Assembly (NCBI GenBank): GCA_022605425.2
Contig: CM061254.1
Span: 620,001-684,000 of the forward strand
Reading direction: 5' to 3'
Length of the DNA: 64,000 bases
Source: Hamiltosporidium tvaerminnensis FI-OER-3-3
Lineage: Eukaryota > Fungi > Microsporidia
Part shown: positions 12,601 to 24,239 of the stretch, in pieces
Layout of the letters: every line of letters starts with the position of its first letter
How positions within the stretch are numbered: position 1 is the stretch's first letter
Position numbers and translations under genes: made by a program
The notes under the pieces: generated by a model
Seen by the model: the letters and a program-made list of their open reading frames with translations, nothing else
Databases searched by the model: none
What the model was told of the DNA's origin: nothing

Positions 12601-13509
12601 ACGACTTTTTTTAACCTTAAAATATCTCTAGCATATTCTTCTATGGTTTATTAGCTTTTTTGTTATTTTTTTAATTTGGAAAGTCAGATTTTTCTTAACC
12701 TGCAATTATATTCTACAATCGGAAATACAGTATACTTTTTCAGAATAAATTAGATGCGGTAAAATGGAATGGAAAGTAATAACAATAAAGTGTATTTTTT
12801 AATGCTTAAAGAATTAAAAGATTCAATCTTATTTGAGGAGAACTAAGAAAATAGATTATATTTTTTTATTTCATACAATATGAATTTCTATTCGGCTATG
12901 ATTTTCTATAGCTCATGTAGCATATATGATTTAAATATAAAATTGATAAACTATCTTAAATACTTGTTCAATAATTTTAAAAAAAATGTTAAAATGCGAA
13001 TCAGATCTAATGTATACATATTGCACAGATATTGATCGTATTTACTTACAAAAATATGCTTAATTTCTTGATATAGAAGATTCTGCAAAATATGAATTTT
13101 CAACATTCAAAAACTGACAAATAGTTGCAAAAACCAATTCAAATTCCTAAGATATTTTGCTATGTCTAATCCGAAAGATTTAAAAAGCAAGGAAAAAAAA
13201 TATAAAAGATGAAATTTCAATTTATTTGTCTATTTTATTAGAAAATTCTTAGAAATTTTCAAACTTAATTTCGTACTAAATATTAGGATCAGCGATTTAC
13301 TTCTTTCTAAAAAAAAGTTGAAAATCTACTATCTTATGGAATCTTAAAACTTTAAATTTATATAAAAATATATTTAGGTGATAATATGAATACAAATCTA
13401 TATTTTAAATATAATGATAAAGAACAAATATTTACTTAACTCATTTTTTAGACTTTTAATATTTACTTATTTTTATGATTATTATATATTTTAGAATTAA
13501 AAATAGAAT

Positions 13510-15250
13510 GAAGCTCTGAATATTGCTCTTGAGATTTTAGAGCTCGGCTTATTCGCGGATTTTTTAGCAGAATGCGCTGTGTTATGTTACCGTTAGTTGT
13601 AGTGCATCACTTCGGTTTCTTCATACAGGTTTCTGTTTTGCCTCAAAAATTACGAATAAATTTTAGCTTTTTATTCGTTTCAGATTTCGGAGTTTTCATC
13701 TTAGTCCTATGATGAATAAATATTAAACTGCTTCTTCAAAGCCTTCGAATGATAAATCTAAGTTTAGAAGATGACGTTAGCCAGTCAAAAAGGAAAATCA
13801 TCTTATATTCTAAAAAAAAATTGCCTGAAATTGTGGAATTATACTTCATGTCAGGTTGATCGAATCTTATGCTAGTCTATGGGTGAAGAAAATTCTAAAT
13901 ATCAACGTCATTAATCTTTTTAACAACGAATAAAGGTGTATCAAGAATAATCGAAAGAGTTTATAATAGGAAGAAACTTTACTCATCCGTTTTTATGTAC
14001 TCAATCTCCAAAAAAAAATCTGTCGGATAACAAAAATTTGATAGAAACTCAAGCCGCCTGTTCTGATATTTATCGCAGATAACTTTTATGGAAAATTTTC
14101 ACAATGTTCACTGAAATCACAATGACGATTTTTAATGAAGTCATCAAATAAATTTAGACTGGATAGTGGCGTTCTTAGAATTAAAGTGTCGATCTAACCC
14201 AATAACTGAAAAATAAATTGCAACAAAACGTTAAAAGCACAAATAGAAGGTTGGTTTTATCCCGAGAATATCAATCATTGTTAATAAATTAGACTTTTGT
14301 AAATAAATAATGTCAAAAACATTTATTTCAAAAAGACTAAGGAAAGTATGTAACACAAATTTGTATAAAACTCGCTAAAAAATTTATATTAAAGGATTCC
14401 AATGGTTTTGTTCACATGCCAAGTCTATTTAGACAGTATAAATGCTGGAGCCTTAAGCTAAAAAAAATCATTACCGTTAAAATTGCACATGATGTACAAC
14501 AGAATAAGGCTAATCGAAAACATGTTGATACAAAATAATCACACGAGTGCTTTATCTCCCAAGTAAATTTTTCACTAAGATACGATACTTAAAATTGAGT
14601 AGTTCTCTTATAAGATGGTTTTATGATTACGGGCAAATCGTTTCTTATGAGGATGCTGTGAATGTGGCTTTTCTCTAATTACTACCTCATATTTGATTTC
14701 ACTTATCGATTCAATATAATCTGTGGGCATTTATAACTGAATATGCGAAAAAGAATTAGCATCTCGCCGAAGTATCGACCTATATGGAAACATATTTCAC
14801 AAGTATACTTATGTATGTTATTCATCTCCCAATTGTTGAAAAAAATCTCGATGGCCTAAAATTACACTATGTAAAGACAAAAGAGATCAACCAGGAGAAG
14901 TTCTGGCCGGAGATTATACAAATTCAAAGAACCTAATTTAGAAGAAGCCAGAAACCCATCGGTAATTAACAGAGTATAAATAGCTCTATATGCTTATGAT
15001 AATACCTTCGTTATATTAACCTAGATACTATTTCGAGGGTTTCTTTTTGATTTTTTAAATGATGCGAATTCTATAACTAGCTAACTCTGAAAAGAAAGAG
15101 AAACTATACCAGCCAGGGAGACTACTGAATAGAGATAGGAACGTTTGCCTCGAAAAATGTATCTTCCTTATATTATAAAGAAAACTAAAGAAACCCAAAA
15201 CAGATGAAGTATGGGTAATCCAGAACTGAATTAGAAATTCTTGCTCTGTT
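13510..15250 (+). mobile_element. Heavily decayed APE-type (R1-like) non-LTR retrotransposon: gag-like ORF1 relic plus endonuclease relic
   Basis: YKCWSL (14437, CCHC knuckle relic), CYSSPN (14816) and VLAGDY (14900, APE xxAGDFN motif) occur in the expected order. Boundaries approximate. Confidence 0.45.
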
Positions 15251-16019
15251 ATTCATTCGAGCAGTATTTAGACCATGCTTGAATGCCTAATTTAATACAA
15301 AGAAAATAACTAAAACTACTTATAAACGTTTCTGTCGAGCAAATCAGAACCTTCTTTAGGAATTTATTTGTTCAAACCAAAAATACTCCTTCTAAATACT
15401 CTATACCTCTCTTAACCAATCTCACAAGGTTTTGTATTTCTAGAATAATCTATATTAATATGTAAATATCTAATAATTAATTCTCATAAATAAGATTAAA
15501 AAAAATTTTACATCTAAACTGTTTATTTTCTTACATTACGCGCTTTAAGTAAGCAATGCAATGAGTTATGTAGTTAAAGAATTCTCTGTCACGTATAAAA
15601 AGCTTCTATAAAAATTAAAAAGGTTTTAATTAATTTTAAAAAATACTATAAATTATTCATTTATAAGTAATAAATATATATTTTCAAATTATCTTATCTC
15701 TGTTAAGTGATAGTTCAATTTACCGCAAATATTAGAGTTTAGCTTAAAAACACATAATAGGCTATATTATATTAAACCGACATTTGAAAAATACACAGAG
15801 TTATAACAGAACTTTAAACCTCTAAATAAAAAACTTAAATTTCTACAAAGTATAATTATTAAGTTCCCTGCTCTAAGCTATTTAAAACACACATATAATT
15901 TTATTTAAGAAATTCTTTCATTTAATATATAACTCTCTTATACACTCTAAGTTGATATATTACTCACTTGTTCCTATCAATACTACATTGTTCTCTCATT
16001 TAATAAATATCCCCTCTTA

Positions 16020-16180
16020 GATCTATCTATCAGATATCTATCCCTCATATCTATCCCTCATATATCTATCCCTCATATATCCATCCCTCAGATATTATCC
16101 CTCATATATCTATCCCTCATATATCTATCCCTCATATATCTATCCCTCAAATATCTATCCCTCTAATATCTATCCCTCTT
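16020..16180. repeat. Tandem minisatellite, ~13-17-bp unit (AT)ATATCTATCCCTC, about 10 copies
   Basis: Directly visible repeats of ATCTATCCCTC. Confidence 0.95.
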
Positions 16181-16245
16181 AGATATATCAATCTAATATA
16201 TTTACTATAAGAATTACATTTAAAATAAAATACATTACTTATCCC

Positions 16246-16425
16246 ATGGATGCTTTAGAAGGTGAGAAACTATGTAAGAAATTAGAAGAAGTAAATAAAA
16301 ATATAATTTCAGAATTAGATATAAGAAACAATAAACTTAAAAAAGCTATTAATTGTAATACACAACTAGAAAAGAAACTTAAAATGTATGAAAAGTTATT
16401 TCTAGAAATTTCTAAAAAAAAGTAA
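16246..16425 (+). CDS. Small coiled-coil protein, 59 aa (below ORF-track cutoff); possible DASH/Dam1 subunit, Dad1/Dad4-like
   Basis: MDALEGEKLCKKLEEVNKNIISELDIRNNKLKKAINCNTQLEKKLKMYEKLFLEISKKK*. CCC immediately before ATG after an AT-rich stretch; heptad pattern. Confidence 0.65.
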   Translation: MDALEGEKLCKKLEEVNKNIISELDIRNNKLKKAINCNTQLEKKLKMYEKLFLEISKKK

Positions 16426-16547
16426 AATTTTTAAATTTTAGTTTTGTATTTATTACTATTTTCGAGTTAAATAGTTTTATATTCTTTAGTCTTGTTGTTT
16501 AAATATATTTTAGTTATTTTGATATATAATATTATGGGATTTACTAC

Positions 16548-16915
16548 GTATTAACACCCCTTTAGTCATACTCCTATAGTTAACACCCCTTTATACATAC
16601 CTATTAGTATTAACACCCCTTTATGCATACCTATCTACTTAAAACCCCGTTATATATCTTTATTAGTATTAACACCCCTTTATACATACCTATATACTTA
16701 ACACCCTTTTATATATCAGTAATAGTATTAACACCCTTTATACATATCTATGAGTATTAACACCCCTTTATACATACCTATCTACTTAAAACCCCTTTAT
16801 ACATATATATTAGTATTAACACCCCTTTAATCATCACTATATACCTAACACCCCATATCATACACTCTATATACTTAACACCCCCTACTACCCTATCATA
16901 TTATAACACCCCTTT
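16548..16915. repeat. Array of ~13 TAACACCCC-core units spaced 28-30 bp
   Basis: Core at 16553, 16582, 16612, ~16641, 16671, 16700, 16730, 16759, ~16788, 16818, 16847, 16877, 16905, with variable linkers. Confidence 0.95.
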
Positions 16916-16986
16916 TAAAATCTAATCTTAAATAAACAAATCACTAATTTTTAAAATAAAAAAATAATCAAAACAAACAAAAAAAT

Positions 16987-19900
16987 ATGCTTAAAAATGA
17001 AAATACAACAGATAAGACTTTATGTTCTGAAGAAATTGAAAGTGCGAAATTACTTGGTTTTAAAATTGTTAAAATACTTGGAACAGGTACTTACGGTAAG
17101 GTAGCTTTGTGTATTAAAAATAGTGAAATTAACACATGTTATTATAAAGATAGTGATTATCATTACACAGTAGGTAATAAGACTGATAGTGTTAATGATT
17201 TATATTCTAATAATGGATTTTTAAGCAAAAGCATACCCTTTAATACAAGTACTGTTAATAACACCCCTAATACAAGTACTGTTAATAGCGCCCCTTTAAA
17301 TAACAGTTATCATAATAACACCCTGTTAAATACTAAGATTACAAATAACACCCATTTAAATACAAGCACTCTTAATAACACCCATTTAAATACAAGCACT
17401 CTTAATAACACCCTGTTAAATAACAGTCATGATAATAACACCCTGTTAAATAACAGTCATGATAATAACACCCTGTTAAATACAAACTATACAAATAACA
17501 CCCTGTTATACAACAATACTAACACTACACTTTACTATGCACTTAAGTTTATAAGAAAAGATACAAAGGATTTAAAAGTACATTTTGACAGAATAAAATC
17601 AGAAGTACAGCTACACTCACTTCTTAACCATTCAAACATAGTAAAACTATACTATTCAGTACAGACTAAACACCATATAGTACTTGTTATGGAATATGTT
17701 AAAGGAAAAGAATTATTCTATCATATACAACAGAATACTAAACTGTCTGAGGAACAGTCTCGGTATATATTTAATCAGATACTTGATGCTTTAGAATATT
17801 TACATGCTCATAATATAATTCATAGGGATATTAAACCAGAAAATATTATTATAGGGTACGGTAACAGTAGTAAGGGTGTTATTAATAGTAGGGGGGTGTT
17901 ATATAATGATAAAGGGGTATTAGAGACATTTAGTAACAAAGGGGTGTTATACCATAATAGTAATGATAATACCCTATTAGATACTAGTACTGCTAATAGC
18001 ACCCTTTTAAATAGTAGTAATGTTAACACCCTATTAGATACTAGTACTGCTAATAACACCCTATTAGATACTAGTAATGATAATACCCTATTAGAACCAG
18101 ACATTGAGGACAATACCTCTTTAAGTAACAGTAGCTATAATAACACCCTTTTAACTATAAGTACCAACTATAGTACCTATAGTAACACCCCTTTAACTAC
18201 CACTAGTACTACTTCTTATATTAGCACCCCGTTAACCAATAATACTATTAATAACACCCCTTTGACTACTACAACCACACCCTCTATTAATAACACCCCT
18301 TTAACTAACACTACTACACCCTCTATTAATAACACCCCTTTAACTAACACTACTACACCCTCTATTAATAACACCCCTTTAACTGACACTACTACCACCT
18401 CTATTACTAACACCCCCTTACCTACTCTTTCAGTCAAAATAATAGACATGGGATTTGCTACTCTTTATGATCCGAAAACCACAATAAAGAACTACTGTGG
18501 TTCTCCTTATTATTCACCACCTGAGATGATAAACGGTAGTAGATATATAGGACCAGAGATAGATATATGGAGTATGGGTGTTCTATTATATAACATGGTA
18601 GAAGGTAAATTACCATTCGATGCTAAGAGTTTAAATACGTTATACAGTAAAATTAACAGGGGTTCTTTTAAATTAAGCAATAATATTTCTTCTTCACTTA
18701 AAGACCTGTTAAAATGTATGTTATGTGTAGATATTAGTAAACGTATTACATTAAAGGGGGTTAAGGCACATGTATGGACTAAAGGGGTATGTGTTAATTA
18801 TTGTTTTGAAAGGATATCATATGTAGACCCTTTAATCTTTAGTAAGGTTGTTGAGTACTTTAGTGTTTGTGGGAGGTTCTTATATAGGAAGGGACGTGTT
18901 AATAATAGGGATAGGGTTGTTGAGAGGATAAAGGGTGTTAGTTATAGAGGTATAGATGGGGGTGTTAATGATAGGGATAGAGTGATTGAAAGAATAAAGG
19001 GTGTTAGTTATAAAGGTATAGATGGGGGTGTTAATCATAATGGAGAGGGTATGGAGGGTAATTATGAGGGTGTTAATAACAAAGATAGTAATTATAAGGG
19101 TGTTAATAATAGTACTATCCTAGAGGGTGTTAATTATGACTGTTGTATGTGTTATACTGGTACCTGTTGGGATAACACCCTTTATGATTTGAATAAGCCT
19201 ATTCAATTATCTAATGGTACAGTAAACACGTTGTTTAACAAATTATATCGAAATAATTCAACAGAAACAAAAATATATACTTTATTACAAAATAAAATGA
19301 TAAGTGGAGTATCTTTACGTGAAGTAGGAATTATAAGAAATGTATGTTTTGATAGTAAAATGTGTTGTCCTATTCTGTATTCGGAGAGAGGATGTATGAA
19401 GCAGAATTCAATTAATTTTTATGCGGAAAAAAAATGTTTTATAGGTGAATGCATAAACAATTTGATATGTAATAAGGGTGTTAATGACAGTACTGTAAAT
19501 AACGGGTATAAATATATTGATATGAATAATAGTATAATATATGATGGAGGTGTTATTTATAATAATGGTAAAGGAAAAGAACATATAAATGAAATTTTAA
19601 TGGATAAGAAGAAAAACAAACCGATGTGTTCGTTAGGTTGGGTATTTGATAAGATTAAAGGATTTTTTAAAAGAAAAAATGTAAAAAAGCAAATTCATCA
19701 TAAAACTACACTGACGTGTACGAATATAAAAGAAATAATATATGATTTGGTTAAAAGTTATGAATATAAGGTATCGCGAGATAATAAAGTATTGAGTTTG
19801 TTAATTCATGAACCTGAATGTGTGTTGATTGATATTATTGTAAATGGAGATTTTAGAATTTTTAAGGTTGAGATTTTGTATGTGAATGGGTGCAGAGATA

Positions 19901-19995
19901 CTTTTGATTATTTTTGTTTTCGATTAATGAAAGAAATACGGGATATGGAAGATGGCAGAATTGTTGGTGAAAAGTATAGAAGTGCGACTTTTTAA
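16987..19995 (+). CDS. Ser/Thr protein kinase, CAMK group (KIN1/MARK/SNF1-like), with three large low-complexity insertions
   Basis: GTGTYGKV, YALKFI, SEVQL, VMEYVKGKELF, HRDIKPEN, DMG, CGSPYYSPPE, YIGPEIDIWSMGV, LPFD. UBA-like relic after the kinase domain. The C-terminal alpha/beta region is compatible with a KA1 domain. Confidence 0.93.
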   Translation: MLKNENTTDKTLCSEEIESAKLLGFKIVKILGTGTYGKVALCIKNSEINTCYYKDSDYHYTVGNKTDSVNDLYSNNGFLSKSIPFNTSTVNNTPNTSTVNSAPLNNSYHNNTLLNTKITNNTHLNTSTLNNTHLNTSTLNNTLLNNSHDNNTLLNNSHDNNTLLNTNYTNNTLLYNNTNTTLYYALKFIRKDTKDLKVHFDRIKSEVQLHSLLNHSNIVKLYYSVQTKHHIVLVMEYVKGKELFYHIQQNTKLSEEQSRYIFNQILDALEYLHAHNIIHRDIKPENIIIGYGNSSKGVINSRGVLYNDKGVLETFSNKGVLYHNSNDNTLLDTSTANSTLLNSSNVNTLLDTSTANNTLLDTSNDNTLLEPDIEDNTSLSNSSYNNTLLTISTNYSTYSNTPLTTTSTTSYISTPLTNNTINNTPLTTTTTPSINNTPLTNTTTPSINNTPLTNTTTPSINNTPLTDTTTTSITNTPLPTLSVKIIDMGFATLYDPKTTIKNYCGSPYYSPPEMINGSRYIGPEIDIWSMGVLLYNMVEGKLPFDAKSLNTLYSKINRGSFKLSNNISSSLKDLLKCMLCVDISKRITLKGVKAHVWTKGVCVNYCFERISYVDPLIFSKVVEYFSVCGRFLYRKGRVNNRDRVVERIKGVSYRGIDGGVNDRDRVIERIKGVSYKGIDGGVNHNGEGMEGNYEGVNNKDSNYKGVNNSTILEGVNYDCCMCYTGTCWDNTLYDLNKPIQLSNGTVNTLFNKLYRNNSTETKIYTLLQNKMISGVSLREVGIIRNVCFDSKMCCPILYSERGCMKQNSINFYAEKKCFIGECINNLICNKGVNDSTVNNGYKYIDMNNSIIYDGGVIYNNGKGKEHINEILMDKKKNKPMCSLGWVFDKIKGFFKRKNVKKQIHHKTTLTCTNIKEIIYDLVKSYEYKVSRDNKVLSLLIHEPECVLIDIIVNGDFRIFKVEILYVNGCRDTFDYFCFRLMKEIRDMEDGRIVGEKYRSATF

Positions 19996-22900
19996 AATGA
20001 AATAGATTTCATTCGGTTTATTTAGTTTTTTAAAAAGCTTTGAGGTTGTTTTCAGTCACATTATAGATTAAAATTTTTAAAAAAAGTTGTATTTTGTAGT
20101 TTATTTAATTCTCGAATACTAAATTTTAATTTAATTCATAAATTAAAAACGTGAAAACCCTTCTTTATAATAAGAGGAAGTTAAAGTTTTTCAAGATAAA
20201 GATTTATTTTTGAAATACTAGAATAAAAACTGATGTCAAAATTCGGAATAATAGACCTGATATATTTATTTTAGATAAGGGATTGAATAAGATAACACAT
20301 ATCGATCTTAAATTATTTTATCCAATTTGCTTCAAATTGTTGAAATGAAAATAAAAGAACTACGGCATGTTAAATAATAAGCATTTGTTGTTTAAAGACA
20401 TAGAGTTAAAGTGATCTTTTATGTAAGACCGAGAAGGTTGGTACGCATCCCTAAGGAGTCCTCTTTTAGACCACCTGATATTTATAAGGATGGAAGTATT
20501 AAACATTCAATAGTGCCAAAAAACAAGTTAGAAAATTTTTAATAAATAAAATAGAATTATGTACTTTAAAATTCAGAATAGAAATGAAAAACCCTAATTT
20601 TTAATATTTAGATAAAATTTGGTGCCTGTAAATAATCTTAAGCTCGATTATAAACACCACTCAGAACAAAGTCTAATTATGCTTTCTGAAGAAACATTTT
20701 TTCGGGAACTAAGAATGAAAATATGTATCATAACGGTATATTGTAAAACCTCGAAAAAATGTCAAGTAAAGTGGTAGAAGTATAAATTAAATTAACTTAC
20801 AAGCTGTAGAATAATAAAATGATAAATAATCACTTATTTTTATGAAACATTGTACCCGTAAATTTGATTTTAGGTCATTTTCAATTTTAAATTACTTAAA
20901 GTCTTTAATGATACTTTATGGCGTTATATTAGTAAGTTTTTTAATCCTATTTGAATCAATTATAAGTCGTTTCTTTTCAATAAATATTTTTTTTTAATTT
21001 GAACTAAGCTAGTTGGAGCTTATATTTCTTTGATTTAAAATTCATCTTTTGGCTCTATTAGACTTTTTATTTCTGTTTATAAAAAGTTATCGGAAAAAAC
21101 GTTGGTTTTGTCCGTTTGTTATAAATTCCTTGCTTTTTTTAATAGTTGTATTCATTTTACATTCTGATATGTTTCGTTAAGTTAGATGGGAAAAAGAAAT
21201 ATACTATATCTGTAAAAAGAAGAAAGAAAAATTAACTTAGGAATTATTGTTTCTGTAACTCGCCGTCTAAAGAAGTTTCGAACTTATGATTCTATTTAAA
21301 TGTATCATGTGTATGTTGTGTCCGTAGTTCATCTATAGTATTTTTATTCTAGCTTATATTTGATATTTCTGGTGTCCCACCTGTGTTTGTTAATAATTCA
21401 AACCAGAAAAATACTTTTAATAAAAAGATTGTTTTGAAAAATGATTATGAGTTTGTTTACTCGATATTATATATATTATATATGAACTTTTACCATTTTT
21501 ATATTCTTTTAAAAAAAAAATTGTTCTCTTTTCACGTCTTTTTTTGTTGAAATAAAATCAGGAAAAATAGATATTTCTTTCTTTTTAAATTCTGCATTTA
21601 AGTTGAATTTTTGAATTAAACTATATTTCGATAACTCGTGTAGAAATTGTCTTTGTACTCTCAAAATTCGTAATACCTATAAAATAGAAGATCATAAATA
21701 GGTTACTCACTTGGATTATATGACTGCGTAACATTTGTACATTTTATGAAAATTTAACTTATAAATTATAAATCAAGCAATATTTGAAATATATGCCTTT
21801 TTAAATTCCGTAAAATATTTATGAACAGCTCATGAAACATAAGCCCCTTGTGATTTGATTGAGTTGTTTTGGCAGGAAATATACTTGAAAGTCTTTTTAC
21901 GTTATAGATTTTTTAACTTTTATTAAAACTACGGGGTTGGTTTCATTAAATATAGCTGATATGGAATAATAACGATTTTGGTTTATAGCATGTGTACTAA
22001 ACATGGAATATAATAAAATCACAACAGTCCAGTTAGTATTTTTTTTCCCATGATAACTTCTCTTTTTTTTGAACACAAAATTTTTTGAATTAGCAAACCC
22101 TCTATCTAATGGCTTATATTATAATTTTCTCAGAAGAAACCTATTTAGAAGCCTCAAATAAAGAAATGTTATAAATATTTTAGAATATCATTATAAAAAT
22201 AGCTTTTGAAATGAAAAACTATACTTTAATTTCTACAACGAACCATATAGTCAGCACAGATACAAATGTATCACTCAGTCCAAAAATTTTAAAACTTTTT
22301 AATCGCTATATCGATCATTCAATTTAAACAAATGTGTATTTCCTACATTTGCTAGTTACACTTCTCTATTTCGGTTCATATATGTGTTTTTATATGCTCT
22401 TTTCAAATTTAAACATTTATAAAATTTCTGGAATTCAAATAAATTAGCTTATTCAAGCAGAAATATCTTTAAGTTTGACTTTAATATTATTTAAGGCCAA
22501 TATAAATTAGTATATGTTGATTAGAGGAGATTTTACTGTTTTCTGTGAATACATCATTATCTATCATATGAGTATTTTTATATAAAACCTTGTTTGATTA
22601 TATGGCATCTAAGGCGCTTGAATGGTTGTATTGTGTTAAGATTAGAATATAATCATGTTTTTTTAAATGATATATGTAGTTTTTGTTTTTAAATGAACTA
22701 AACCATTTATTTTCTCTTTTCTACAAACTAGATTCTTCAGAGCTGGTACAATGCTTAATTATACATTAAAACATTTTAAATGCACTTGAATTTTGATATT
22801 CAGACTATCTTAATTAATTAAACAAAAATTGCCCGTTTCGGCTTTTTATATAAAACGAATTCAAAAGTGTCATTTGAGATAAATTATAAAACCACCTGAA

Positions 22901-24239
22901 ATCTATAAGATATATTCATTCAAATTTTTATTTTAGCATACGACCTTTTATTCCTTAATTGATTATATTATATATATCGATTGAACCATATAATAAAGTT
23001 TTCTTTTTTTTGGTTCATGAAGATTTAAGAGCTTTAATACAATATACTTTACATTATATTCATTATATTGAACTAATTATGAGTCGATATCGATTTTTAG
23101 TGTCAAGAGATAGACCTTTAATTATTTAGAAACCAGTGCGGTTCTTTTTCATAAATTGTAATTTTATTATATTTTTTTCCTGTTCTTAAATTCAAACGAC
23201 ACATAATGAATTATTTTTTATGATTTTCAGAAGATTCTTCTGTGATTTTTTTTTCAAACAATAAATTTTAAAACATTTGCTTTTAATTATAAGATTTAAT
23301 TTTAAAGATATAATTATTGTTTATGTGGCCTTACTTTAAGATTTAATGTACTCTAAAATCATTCAAACATATTTTAAACGTATAATTTTATGTGGTTTTT
23401 AGAATCTTAAATTACACGCTGAATGTAAAACTAGTTTATCTAAGTTTACAACCATATTTATAGTATTTGTAAAGATTTTATATATAACTCTAAAAAATAT
23501 TGTTTTTTAAGTATTTTTGTTGATTTTAATCTGTTGAACTGCAAGAAATTAGGCAAACTTTAGATATTTTTTTTTAATGTTACAACCGAATCAGTATCTA
23601 AATCAATTTTTTTAAAAAAATATTAATAAGCATTTATTCATTTTAAATACGAATAACAAAATAATATGTTTATACACACAAAGAAATCTTAAAACATTTA
23701 AGTATCAATTTTATACTTTATATATTTTTTTAGCTCACATTTGTATTAACCATAGAAAATAATATGTTAAAACTAAATAATAGATAAATAATTACAAATA
23801 TAGTTTATTACAACAATATTCGGTTTCACTATGTGATATGATTTTCTTTATTTTCCTACCCATCATTTTTATATTCACATTCAAGTGTAACTACAAGTTT
23901 GATATTTTCAAGATATATACGACTATTTTTTATCTGAGAATTGACATACTCATATTTCAGACCTTTTACCTGAATACAGTAAGTTATATCTTCATATTCC
24001 ATCTTTTTATAGTACATTATACTTATACTATGATCATCGTGTTTAAAGTTAATATCCTCCAAACTAAGTCCTTCAGGTATATTATAATATAATTTTATCT
24101 CCCTTATATTATCATTATTTGTACTCTTTTGTACTCACCTAATAATGGATTAATAGTAAAAATAATCATTATATATAAAAGAAACATTTAATGAATACAA
24201 ATTTAAAAATATAAATATTTATACTTTAATATTTATTAA

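Noticed and set aside
11900-13400. Decayed LRR-family pseudogene (similar impressions at ~300-1330, 21000-23100, 35000-37000, 47600-48800)
   Set aside because: Only short LxxL-like fragments (FLTLKYL, FLMLKELK) in AT-rich DNA; cannot be aligned by eye.
16548-16915. CRISPR-like repeat-spacer array or G-quadruplex
   Set aside because: Core is only ~9 bp and linkers are related to each other; G-runs are ~25 nt apart, too far for a canonical G4.
17820-18449. Antisense ORFs 17820-18113 and 18216-18449
   Set aside because: Shadows of the in-frame repeats inside the kinase.
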